Below, in pieces: positions 1 through 11,759 of a DNA stretch of 64,000 nucleotides. Position 1 is the first letter of the stretch. Each line of letters begins with the position of its first letter. This DNA comes from Gekko japonicus. Taxonomy: Eukaryota. The stretch spans positions 124,001 through 188,000 of the forward strand of contig NW_015169799.1 of NCBI RefSeq assembly GCF_001447785.1. Direction: 5' to 3'. The notes beneath the pieces are model-generated. The model was not told where the DNA came from. It worked only from the letters and a program-made list of their open reading frames with translations, and did no database searches. A program made the position numbers and the translations under genes.

Positions 1-1689
1 TTGGATCCAATCAGCTTTTCTGCTGATGAAAATGGGAGAAGGGGTCCCCTTTCAGCACCCAAAAATTCTGAGGTGGGGATATATAAAACACATATTTTTT
101 TTTTACTAAGAAGCTATATTGAGCTATGTGACTGAGAAAACAATCTGGCTCAGAACTTCTTTGAAATAAACAGTGACATATTTAATGGCTTCTTAATTCT
201 CTCTAACGAAGATATTGAATTATTTATTGATGGCAGCGAAATATTTTTAGAGTGACAATCTTAATGAAATGTTAATTAAATCCAAAAGGCTTTGGAAAGA
301 GGATTGTTACATAACACACACCACTTCTTTTGAAACATGTATAAGACATTTGTTTCCTGAAAATCAAAGTATACTCAAGGAAAAGTAACACGTTTCTGAA
401 ATCACCAGAAATGTAGATAAGGCAAACCAAGTCTAGGGGAAAAACGTAACTCTCTTTCCTCTTGGGTGAAAAATTAATATGACAAAAGGGTTGGCTAATT
501 GTTTAGGCAAGTAGATTATGCCTTTGATTGCTTGTAAATGATTCAGAGTTCAGATTCAGTAATATAACATGTGTTTTGGATTGAGTGGAGTTCAACACAA
601 TTTGTTCTGGATCTCCTGCCTATGACTGTCTTGAGCTGCATCAACACCAAAGAGGGAGAAAAATATTTAAGGAAGGAATAAAAAATTGTGATTTTGAAAG
701 GTCTTGATGTGGCTCCCCCTTTGCAGAATTCCACACCCTTTTTGAAATATTTGATTCTCACCCCCATGTTTAATCTTAAAAGGACTACTTCAGTGGGATC
801 AGCCCTGTCAAGAGAGGGAGCATACGTAGGGCTGCCTGCCACCTGTGGGGGCTGCAGTTCTCCCAGCATTATAACCAAATTCCATTTTCTCCCTTGGAAA
901 AAATGACAGATTCAGAGGGCAAACTCTATGATAGGAAAAATGGAAGTTTAGGAAAAATGGAAGTCGTTCCCCAGATACTTCCCCCAAATCTCCAGAAATT
1001 TCTCAAACCAGAGTGGGCAGTGCTACATACAGGACAACTGCATGCAGATCTGGATCCTGAATGACAACCCAAGCCTTAAGGTTTACTTAAAATATCAACC
1101 TAGAATCTCAAAGGTAGCCTTCTGGAACTTTCTCCTAACCTCTGCCATGAGGAAAGACGGGCAAGGGCAGCAGTGGCTTTAGACAAGAAGTTGTTAATGG
1201 CTTCAGCCACCAAGAAGTTCAGCCAACAAGAAGGCAAGAGAAGAAAGCGTGGAAGAGCTGCCAAATGGATTTAGGGATGAGGCAACACAGGGCGAGTGGG
1301 GTGGGGCTGCCTCATGTTTCCTCGGCCCAGGCCACTTTTGTTTTTCGTTTGGGAAATACAAATACAGCTGCTCACAAATATTAAGGTTTGTGAGGGGTTT
1401 TGTCCTGAACAGTTTATACATTATACAGCTTTGCATGGCAGATTTAATTTGCTCCTCTTCCCAATTTACCCATTTAGTATACAATGAAAACTGATTCCAT
1501 AAGCTTTGCTTGACAATGCTTAAACTATGCATGGCTCCTGGCCCCATGAAGGGTTTGATGCAGCTTGACATATAAGGATTATTTTCACATTTGCAGAGCC
1601 TATTAAGTAAAGAGTTATCCAAAGTAAAGAGTTATCAGGGGGCCACAGCAACCTCTCTTGGAATGAAAGGGCATGTGCAATATGGAGAG

Positions 1690-1847
1690 AGGGTTTTAGT
1701 CACGCGGGATCCTTGGGCGTGGCCCATGTACTAATTGTTTTAAATTGTTTTATTGCACTGAGTGCCATATTGTTGTAAGCCGCCCTGAGCCCGCACGCGG
1801 GGAGGGCGGGGTATAAATAAAATTAAATAAATAAATAAATAAATAAA
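1690..1847 (+). mobile_element. L2-type LINE 3' end with (TAAA)n tail
   Basis: tgtaagccgccctgagccc...gggagggcggggt followed by (taaa)n; same terminus recurs at 33972-34042. Confidence 0.7.
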
Positions 1848-2009
1848 ACACCCTATAATATTAAATGTTGTCAGAAAATGTTAGCTATAAGGAATGACCT
1901 GAATACTACGAGATTTTCTCTTTCTCATCTAAAAAAAAAAAACGCTGGGAAAGGATATATCATGTCTGGGTCTCCTGGCCAAAGCAAACACTGCTTCTCA
2001 GTGTGTTGT

Positions 2010-3676
2010 GGGGGTTTTTGCTCCCCAATGGGGAATTTTTAATTGCATTTTTATTAAAACTACAAACTATAACAGAAATAAGGGAGGGGACTACATTTAG
2101 GGGATAAAGAAAAGATACCCACTACTGACTAAAAACCCAAGAGAGGAGATCTTCTAATCAGCTTGAATACAAATCTAGTCTTAATCATATTAATCTCATT
2201 ACCAACTGAATCACATATTCTGTTAACTTTTCCCACATCTTAAATTTAACTGATATAAGGAAATACCCCAAAGCATCTCAATTCAAATTTTTTCAAAGGC
2301 ACAATTCAGAGTCCTTCAGCCTTCACTTCTTGTCCAGTCTCTTCTGCAACCTTAAAGGACTTTTAGGAGCTGCTGCCCCATTCTCTGACAGAGTCCACCC
2401 CGGAAGAACCCGAGTCCAGCTTGCCACTGGACTTGCTGTCCCCTTCTTTTTCTTCCTCCTCTGTTTCTTTCTCTGTTGTCTTATTTCAAATGGATTATCC
2501 TTCAGTACTCTCCAGCTCTCAGTACCCCAGCTCTCAGGGGTGCTCCAGATACTGCTTTCAGGATTGCATCCCTTACATGCCTCTTAGAGAATCTTACAAC
2601 AATTTCTCCAGGCAGATTATTTTTCTTTATGTATCCTGAATATGACTTGTAGGCCACATCCATTTCGCTTAGCAAAGATTCCGCCTTCATCTCTATCACT
2701 GGGGCCAGTATTTCACTCATCATTTCCTTCAGATTCTCTCCCTTAGTCTCTGGCATGTCCTGAAAGCAAAGGATCATATTAGCCTTTTCCATTTGTAATT
2801 GTAGCAACTGCTCTTCTGTAGAAACTTGCTTCTTTTCCAGTTTTTGTACTTTCTTATTCACCTTTTGGGTAGTGGTGTCCACTTCTTTCACCTTCTCATT
2901 TGTTTGATTCATCATTTTCAAAGTCTCGCTTATCTGATTTTGTTGAGTGGTGATACACTTGGTCATTGATGTCATCTGCTCTTTGAAATTATTCATTTGG
3001 TCCAGCAGGTGGCACATGGAGTCTGCCAAAGTCTTTGCTGGCTTGTTGGCTCCTTCCGGTTTTGGGCTCTCAGTTACTTTTGATTTCAGATGTTTCTTTT
3101 TCTCCGTCCTCTTCCCCGCCATCTTTTTCTCTTTGTTTACATTCGCAAGTTTTTTGAAAGTCTCTGAATATGTGCTTAAACGCTCGCACTCGCCTTGGTA
3201 AGTACTCCTTAGCAGTTTTAACCATTTATACTTCCGCTCCCCCCCCATTCTCTCTAAAGTTTATGCGCTTGGGAGGCGTCCCTCCCCCGCTCGCCTTATC
3301 TTCTGTTCCGTGGGGTGGGGGTGGGGAGCTTCTTTTCTTTTTAATCAATGCTTAAATGACTTACGTTCATAATCGGTCCATGGACCTAGTTTACACTCCA
3401 TTTCTAACGCTCGATCTCCTGCGCTTGCCCCGGTCAGCGTCACTTAGTCCATTCGGTCTCTCAGCACGAAGAACCGTCAGAGCGAAGAGGTGCCTCAATT
3501 CTCCGGCATTACGCTGTTGAAGAAGCAACCTCTCAAAAGCTCCATAGCCAAAGGCCCTTCAGCCGGTTCCCTGGGGGGTAGTGAGCCTGCACACCCCCTC
3601 CTTCGGCTGGAGCACAGCTTCACCCCCGGGAGGTCCGGGAGGTGAGTCTGCTAGCGTGCCGCCATCAACCGGAAGC
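2010..3676 (-). mobile_element. ORF1-only L1 derivative (HAL1-like), decayed
   Basis: GC-rich 5' UTR starting GCTTCCGG; L1 ORF1-like protein (coiled coil then FQDMPE..GE.L..LPGEIVVRF...VRDAILK, 3122-2502); AATAAA at 2055-2050; 13-bp direct repeat ctcagtgtgttgt at 1997-2009 and 3677-3689. Confidence 0.72.
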
Positions 3677-3689
3677 CTCAGTGTGTTGT

Positions 3690-4549
3690 TGTTGTTCAGT
3701 TGCACAGTCGAGTCCGACTCTTGGTGACCCTATGGACCACATCAAGCCAGGCCCCCCTGTCTTCCGTCGTGCTCTGGAGTCTGCTTAATTTCATGTTCAT
3801 TGCATCAATAACACTGTCTAACCATCTCATCCTTTGCAGTCTCCTTCTTCTTTGACCTTCAATCTTTCCCAGTATCAGGGTCTTCTCCAGTGAGCGTTCC
3901 CTTCTCATTTGGTGGCCAAAGTATTTGTGCTTCAGCTTCAGTATCTGGCCTTCCAGGGAACAGTCAGGGTTGATTTCTTTTAGGATTGACTGATTCGATC
4001 TCCTAGCAGTCCAAGGGACTCTCAAGAGTCTTCTCCAGCACTATAATTCAAAAGCATCTATACTTCGGCGCTCGGCCTTCCTTATAGTACAACTCTCATA
4101 GCCATACATTACTACTGGGAATACCATTGCTTTGACCATATGGACTTTTGTTGGCAGGGTGATGTCTCTACTTTTTATTATGCTGTCTAGGTTTGCCATC
4201 GCTTTCCTCCCAAGGAGCAGGTATCTTTTAATTTCATGGCTGCAGTCACCGTGTACAGTGATCTTGGATCCCAGGAATGTGAATTCTGTCACTGCTTCCA
4301 TGACTTCCCCTTCTATTTGCCAAGGAGTGATGGGGCTGGATGCCATGATCTTAGTTTTTTTTGATGTTGAGTTTCAAGCCAACTTTTGCGCTCACCTCTT
4401 TCATGCTGAGCAAGAGGCTCTTAGGTCGTCTTCACTATCTGCCATTAGAGTGGTATTGTTTGTATATATGAGGTTGTTGATGTTTTCCCCAGCAATCTTA
4501 ATTTCGGTTTGTGATTAATCCAGGCTAGAATTCCACATGATGTACTCAT
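3690..4549 (-). mobile_element. BovB/RTE LINE, 3' part
   Basis: ORFs 4041-4346 and 3696-4025 give BovB RT C-terminus (RVPWTARRSNQSILKEI, YFGH..RR..SLEKTL.LGKIEG); (CAA)n tail. Confidence 0.93.
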
Positions 4550-4739
4550 ACGATGTAATTAATTAAAGGGATTAAAATGAATTGTATTGATTAGTCAATT
4601 AACTATTAGGGACTGACTATCCTATTGTTGGAATTTATCTATAATTGGCCTATCTGACAAATTGGGGTTAGAATTTTAATGTGAATTGTGTTATTACTGG
4701 CCTTTATTTATTTCACGGGGAAAGGAAGGGAACGGAAAT

Positions 4740-7058
4740 GTAGAAGAGCTCACTCCCTTTCCAGCCTGCTCCTACTCATACTGGGGACACACTCAATTTG
4801 ATCTTCGTGGCAGAGATTACAGTGGACTGCATCACCGCTACGGCAGTTCCATGGTCAGACCACTTTGCCCTGAAGGCCCACGTGAATGTTCCACCCTGAC
4901 CCTGTATGGGTGGCAAGCGTATTTTAGCTCGCCGGCAGAGCCAAATAGACCCTATGTGGTTCCAGATGGCCCTGCAGGATCCAATGCCCCCTGGCGACTC
5001 ATTAGATGAGCTTGTTGAGGACTGGCATAGCCGACTCTCGGCAGCCATCAAAGAGAACGCTCTCCAATGTCCTCTGCACCCCCGTTCTAAGCTCGTTCCA
5101 TGGTAAACCCAGGAGCTGCGGCGAATAAAGTGAGGGCTCAGAAAGCTAGAGAGACAGTGGCGGCACACTCACAATGAAGCCACAAGAGCATCTTATAGGA
5201 CGTTTATGAGATCCTATGAGATGGCAGTCAAAGCTGCTAAAAGAGAATATTATGCAGCCACGATTGCGTCTGCAAGCTCCCGCCCAGCCCAATTGTTTAG
5301 AACTATTTAGTCCATTATTACTCTGCCACAGGACAGACCAAACGTTAAGGAATTGGAGATTGGCTGTGAGGCTTTTGTGAGCTATTTTGCAGATAAAGTC
5401 TTGTCACTCTGCTGCGACCTTCCCCCCACAGTTGATACAGTAAGAGAACTTGAGGCTCCATGCATGTCTTCTTGTCAAGTTCTTGATTATTTCAGTCCAC
5501 TCAGCCTAGAGGAGGTCGACAATTTACTCTCAACTATTCACCTGACCACTTGCAACCTTGACCCGTGCCTGTCATGGCTAATTAAAGCTGGTTGCGATGG
5601 GCTACAAGGTGCCCTAAGGGAAATTGTCAACAAATCCCTCTCTGAGGGGCTGTTCCTGGGGGCACTCAAGGAGGCAGTGATACACCCTCTCTTAAAAAAA
5701 CCATGCTTGGACCCAGCTGCATTGGCTAATTACCAGCCAGTCTCCAATTTGCCCTATTTGGGCAAACTAATTGAGAGTGTGGTGGTGATTCAGCTGCAGA
5801 GTTTCTTGGATGACACCTCCACATTAGACCCCTTCCAGTCCGGCTTCCAACCAGGCCATGGGATGGAGCCAGTACTGGTCACCCCCACAGATGACCTTTG
5901 GAGTCATCTGACTGGGGCAGTTTGGTGGTGTTGCTGTTGTTGGACCTGTCAGCGGCGTTCGACACGGTCGACTACCAACTACTGACCCACCGCCTTGCCG
6001 ACACCAGGATTCAGTGGTTTGCCTTATAGTGGCTCTCCTCGTTTCTCCAGGGTTGGGGACAAAGGGTGGCCATTGGGAAACAGCTGTCCAAAGGCACCTG
6101 CTAGTTTGTGGAGTGCCTCAGGGAGTGGTGCTCTCCCCGATGTTGTTTAACATCCACATGCGTCCCCTTGCCCAGATTGCCCGGAGGCATGGGCTGGGCT
6201 GTCACTAATATGTGGATTACACCCAGCTCCATCTGCTGTTGGGTGGCCGGTCCAACTCTAGCCCGGAAGATCTAGACCTGGCATTGAAAGCCGTGGCTGG
6301 CTGGCTTAGACTGAGTTGATTGAAATTGAATCCGACAAAGACGGAGCTCCTGTACCTGAGTCAGAGTGGCCCGGGGGTAGGGATCCCACTCCCGACCTTC
6401 GATGGTTAGGAGCTTGGGAGTGCTCCTAGATGCCTCCTTAACAATGGGGGCCCAAGTAGCAGCCACTGCAAAGTCAGCCTTCTACTATCTTCGGTTGATT
6501 AAGCAGTTGGTTCCCTTCCTCAAACGCAATGACCTGGTGACAGTGATCCACACAATGGACACCTTGAGACTGGATTACTGTAATGGTCTCTACATGGGGC
6601 TGCTCTTGTTCCAAATCCGGAAGCTGCAGTTAGTGCAGAATGGCCCAGGCTGTTGTTGGGTCTCCCTATGTGGGAGCAGATCCAGCCTGTGCTAAAAAGG
6701 GCCAACGCCTTCTCTGTGGCAGCTCCATACTGGTAGAACGAGCTCCTGGAGGACATCAGGGCCCTGCGGGACCTTTTAAAGTTCCACAGGGCCTGCAAGA
6801 CAGAGCTCTTCCACCAGGCCTTTGATTAGGGTGCCACAGCACTTAGAGCAGGGCCCTGGCCCCAACACCAATGTCAATAGTAACATCAAAATCAATAGTA
6901 TTATACCATCAACAACCTGACACAACCCAGACTATCTGTATACTGTGATTGCTGTAAACACATCAGCCATCCTTATATTAGTTGTACTAGCACTTTATAA
7001 CTTATTATATTTAGAATTGTATTGTGATTTTATCAATTTTCTTGTTTTAGTGTTTTTA
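4740..7058 (+). mobile_element. L2 (CR1/L2 clade) LINE, decayed, nested in BovB
   Basis: RT motifs PLLKKP.LDP..L.NY.PVSNLPYLGKLIE, DPFQSGF.PGHG.E, GVPQG.VLSP.LFNI, RLDYCN; stops and frameshifts; terminal tail absent. Confidence 0.9.
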
Positions 7059-7059
7059 T

Positions 7060-8260
7060 ACAGTTGTATAACCATGTCCGGTTCTAACTGTCGCTTCTTG
7101 ACCCTTATACAGGTTTCTCAGGAGACATGTGAGGTGCTCTGGTACTGTGTTCTCTTTAAGGACTTGCCATAGTTTGTTGTGATCCACACAATCAAAGGCC
7201 TTGGCATAGTCAATGAAGCAGAAATAGCTCTTTTTCTGGTACTCCCTTGCTTTCTCCATAATCCACTGAATGTTGGCAATTTGATCTCTAGTTCCCCTAC
7301 CTCTTCAAGACCCAGTTTGTACTTCTGGCAGTCCTCTATCCACATACTGCTGAAGCCTGGTTTGTAGGATCTTGAGCATGACCTTGCTAGTGTGTGAAAT
7401 GAGTGCAATTGTGTGATAGTTTGAACATTCTTTGGCACTGCCCTTCTTTGGGATTGGAATGTAAACTGACCTTTTCCAATCCTGTGGCCACTGTTGCGTT
7501 TTCCAAATTTGCTGGCATATTGAGTGCAGCACTTTAACAGTATCATGTTTTAAGACTTTGAATAGCTCAGCTGGAATACCATCACCTCCACTAGCTTTGT
7601 TGTTAGTAATGCTTTCTAAGGCCCATTTGACTTCGCACTCCAGGATGTCTGGCTCGAGATCAGTAATCACACCGTCGTGGTTGTCAAGGCGATTTATCCA
7701 GCGGCAGAGGTCCTTCTTGTATAGTTCTTGTGTATTCTTGCCATCTCTTCTGCTTCTGTTAGGTCCCTACAGTTTCTGTCCTTTATCATGGCCAGCTTTG
7801 CATGGAATGTCCTTTTGATTTCTCCAATTTTCTTGAAGAGATCTCTAGTCTTTGGGATGGTGTTGATTGCTGCCTCCTGTACAAGGTCATGAACCTCCAT
7901 CCACAATTCTTCAGGCACTCTATCAAATCTAGTCTCTTAAACCTATTCTTCACCTCCACAGTATATTCATTAGGGATGTGATCCGAGTCAAACCTGAATG
8001 GCCTAGTGGTTTCCCCAACTTTCTTCAGTTTAAGTCTGAATTTTGCAATGAGTAGCTCATGATTTGAGCCACAGTCAGCTCCAGGTCTTGTTTTGACTGA
8101 CTGTATAGAGGTTCTCCATCTTTGACTGCAAATTATATAATCAATCTGATCTTGATGTTCTCCATCTGGTGATGTCCATGTGTAGAGTCGCCTCTTAGGT
8201 TGTTGGAAGAGGGTGTTCGCTATGACCAGTGTGTTCTCTTGACAAAATTCTGTTGGCCTT
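7060..8260 (-). mobile_element. BovB/RTE LINE, 5' part (endonuclease end and RT start), 5'-truncated
   Basis: FCQENTLVIANTLFQQPKRRLYTWTSPDG, EVKWALESI..NKASGGDGIP, FCFIDYAKAFDCVDHNKLW; collinear with the 3690-4549 piece. Confidence 0.93.
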
Positions 8261-9649
8261 TGCCCCGGCTTCCTTTTGTTCTCCAGGGCCGCCACCAAGA
8301 ACTGTTTTAAGCAAGCCTTTCCCCATAATCACTCTGCAGGCTGCTGCTGCTTATTCATCTCTGGCAAGCTGGTTTCTTACTGTATAAAAAAAGAAGAGGG
8401 CAGCTATAAACTTAGATGCATTAAATAACAGAGATATTCAGTATATTGGCCGAGCCTGAGAAGGTCACATAGTTTAAGGCCAGATCTTGTTCTCTTTTTC
8501 TTATCTCTGACTTTAGGGAGTTACAGGGATCCTTAACCTCCAGCTACCAACAGTTGTAACTTTGCCTGCGGATGTCTTCAAATGATAGTTAAAAGAATAA
8601 ACTAATTATATCCTTTAGTGCACTTAAAAGGGCAGTCATGTCAATGAGAGGGCGTTTGTAACAAAGCATAAACCAAAAGAACAAATCTGGAGCAGCCCAA
8701 TGATTAAAATTATAAGATGCGAGCACACAAATATAGTATTTTAAACCCCACAGGTTTGTCAGAGTTTTCTTTCTCACTCCCCTCCCCCTACTCCCCAAAC
8801 GCATTGTTTTTCTTTCAGCTTTATAATCAGATTTAAACAAATGTATCTCTCCACTGGGAAAAGAACAATCTTTTGCCAGCTACAGTCTGTGCTTTGATAA
8901 ACTGTACATAGACTAAAGCAATAATACATGCACTCTGGATTGAATTCCCATCTTAAATTAATCTGTTTAATAGAGAGAGTTCACTTTCAGGTCCCCTGTC
9001 ATTCAGTTAACTACCACTGTATGATATACAATATTAACAAAATAACCAAAAAGTGATTTACAGCTTGGTGCTCAAACTGGGACAAGGTATAATATTATTC
9101 AAAATCTAAATGTTCCAACTGGGTGATCTTTGTCTTTAATGATGTAAATAGCTTTACTACATAGAACAGTATTTGGCAAAAGGATTTTCATTAGGTCTTC
9201 TATGCTTCTGGAAGTCATTGGATTGCGTGTAGTACTGTATAGAAAATGGAAATTTAGAAAGATACTGCTGCTGCTGCTGCTTACAGCTGCTGTTGCTATT
9301 AACAGCAACAGCAGCAACAATTGAGTCATAATCATTTAAATACCTAGTACTGACAAATATAGGGTATATCATATCAATAATGTGATTGTATATGGGGTGC
9401 TTATCTCAAGAAGAAATGGGTATTGCAAGTAAGGTACATTGTTTTTCAAATGCCTCATTTTCTAAAAAATAATAAAATGTTCTAAGTCTGCTGATGAATC
9501 TTGTACGGTCTTCCGTGTTAACTACCAACATGCACAATCTAAAGCAAGCTTGTGGGCCAGTGAAGTAGCTATGTAAATAGCCAGTGTGGATGAGATGGTG
9601 GCTAGCATTTTGGGTTTGTAGGCTGGAAACTCAAGATCATACCTCTGTG

Positions 9650-9991
9650 CAGGGGTCATTTCGGGGGGGAACATGGGGGAACGCAGTTCCCCCGGGTGAG
9701 GTGCAGGGGGGCGGGGCACATGACGAAGCCCCGCCCCCTGCTTCCGGCCGCCCCGCTTCCAGCCCTCATTCAGCCAGGAGGAGGCAGAAGAAGAGGGAGG
9801 GTAAGTTGCTTCCTCCCCGCCTCTCCCCACCCCTGCCTGCCTGGGGCCAGGAAGGGCCTTGGTGGGGCTTTCTCCCACTCCCGCTGGCCTTGCAGGTCCA
9901 CCGCCGGGCCCCTGATGTCAGGGTGTGTGGCATAAGCTAATGAGTTATGCTAATGAGTTCCCCTAGCTCTTTTTCTACGAAATGACCCCTG
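9650..9991. mobile_element. hAT-type MITE
   Basis: Perfect 14-bp TIR caggggtcatttcg / cgaaatgacccctg; 8-bp TSD cctctgtg at 9642-9649 and 9992-9999. Confidence 0.92.
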
Positions 9992-10174
9992 CCTCTGTGG
10001 TTTTATGAAACTCACAGGATAAGCTTCTACAGGTTGCCTCTCAGTTTAAACAGCCTCACAGGGTAATTGTGAGGCTAAAATTCTCCTCCGTATTTTTCTC
10101 CAGCATGATCCTCTGCAGAATTAGGTGTAGTTAACTCTGCAGAGAAGTAGGCTGCAACTGGAGAGACCTGTGAT

Positions 10175-10372
10175 CAATGCTCCCTCTAAGCTGTGGAGTC
10201 TTGTGAGCAAAAATTCCACTTTGTGAGCTGCTGGCATTAAAGTTGTGAATGAGCGATTTGGCTACTGCATAAATCAGTTTGCTCTGGAGCTATCCTTCCT
10301 GAGCTAAGACATGTGTGAGCCGGAGGCTAAAAAACTGTGAGCTAGCTCTAACTCAGCTTAGAGGGAACACTG
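10175..10372. mobile_element. hAT-type MITE (cagtgttccctctaagctg TIR family)
   Basis: TIRs caatgctccctctaagctg / cagcttagagggaacactg; 8-bp TSD cctgtgat. Confidence 0.9.
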
Positions 10373-10634
10373 CCTGTGATATGAACATAACAGGCCCAGT
10401 GTTGGGGTATCATGGCAGACCCAGGTTCCAGTCTCAACTTGGTTATGAAACTCTGTGGGTGGCCTTGAAGCTGTCTCTTTGTTTATATCCTACTTTTCTT
10501 CCACCATGCAACCTGAGGTGCCTTATGTAGACTCCCAGGGGATCTTTTGATCCTGTCCACATTGTTATGACGTGTGATTACCACCCAGTGGGCTGATATT
10601 CTATTCTTGAGCCAAGTGCTCGAGCTACACAGCT

Positions 10635-10815
10635 TCAGGTGGTCTTGGAGATGGATCATCTAGCCCATTTTCAGTCTGGATTCAGGCCTGCCTTTGGGGC
10701 TGTTTCTGCCCCAGCCTTGGCCATGCTGACTGATGACCTTGCAGGTAGAGTGACAGGGAGAATGTGTCTCTGTAGATTTTCCTGGACCTCTCAGTGGCTT
10801 TTGATACTATCAAAC
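10635..10815 (+). mobile_element. L2 RT fragment
   Basis: DHLAHFQSGFRPAFG...LTDDL motif. Confidence 0.65.
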
Positions 10816-10967
10816 AGGCCTTTGGGCTGTCAAATAGGAACTCACCTCCCTTTCTCACCAGTGGAAGAGTGGGCTGTACTAAAATGAAGGACAGGATTGC
10901 CCACTGGGAACAATGGGAGATGCTGGTATGCCCGCTGGATATAATGGGAGCTGGGAATGCCAACTGA

Positions 10968-11213
10968 AGAAGAAGAGATTGGATTTATACCCTGCCCTTC
11001 ACTCGGAGTCTCAGAGTGGCTTACAATGTCCTTTCTCTTTCCCCATAGCAAACATCCTGCGAGAGCCCTGAGAGAACTGCTCTTGAGAGAACAGCTCCGA
11101 CAGAACTATGGCTTGCCCAAAGTCATCCAGAAGCTGCAAGCAAAGGAGTGGGGAATCAAACTCAGTTCTCCCAGATTAGAGTCCGTGCACTTAACCACTA
11201 CACCACACTGGCT
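10968..11213 (-). mobile_element. tRNA-derived SINE (Squam3-like) with (CTT)n tail
   Basis: Minus strand begins agccagtgtggtgtagtggttaag (A box), gag..ctgagtttgattcccc (B box), ends gggtataaatccaatctcttcttc. Confidence 0.8.
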
Positions 11214-11299
11214 CTTAGAGGAAACAGAGGCGCTGACAAGCAGCACAACTATTAATGTGGAGTTGATTTGTGGATAATGACACAACTTCTGGAAAGTCT

Positions 11300-11510
11300 G
11301 TGATTCCAGTTGCAGAACACTGATTCTACTCCCAGCAGCCATCCTTCCATTCTGGGGCATGTCACTACAGTCCCAGAACACTTGTACTACCCCAGGGGCT
11401 GTCATTCCACTATGGGGGTTGTTATTCCAGTCCCAGAAAACTTCTGTTACTCCCAGGGGATGTGATTCTACTCTGTAATTTACACTACTCCCAGGGACCA
11501 TCATTCCACC
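11300..11510. repeat. Degenerate ~60-bp minisatellite (3-4 units)
   Basis: cagtcccagaa.act..tactcccaggg...attccac-like units near 11307, 11368 and 11428. Confidence 0.65.
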
Positions 11511-11759
11511 AGGTGACCTCTCGCTTCTGGCCCAGAGACCTTAACCGAAAACCCACCCCACCTTTTCATTGCAACTTTTTTGTGCCGTAATGTAGGTCAG
11601 CAAAGCCCAGGCAAGTCAATTGGCATTCATGGCTCCCCTTGTATTCCGTGGGCCTTCGAGCCTCTCCCATTGTTTCCAATGGGCAATCCTGTCCTTCCCT
11701 AGAAGAACTGGTTGGATCCAGCCCCATAGATAGCTGTGCTGGCCCCGGTCATAATATAG

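Noticed and set aside
3690-8260. BovB as contamination or a new horizontal transfer
   Set aside because: BovB and Sauria SINEs are established residents of squamate genomes; this copy is decayed and nested among host repeats.
11300-11510. CRISPR-like array
   Set aside because: Eukaryotic context, degenerate units without unique spacers, no cas genes.
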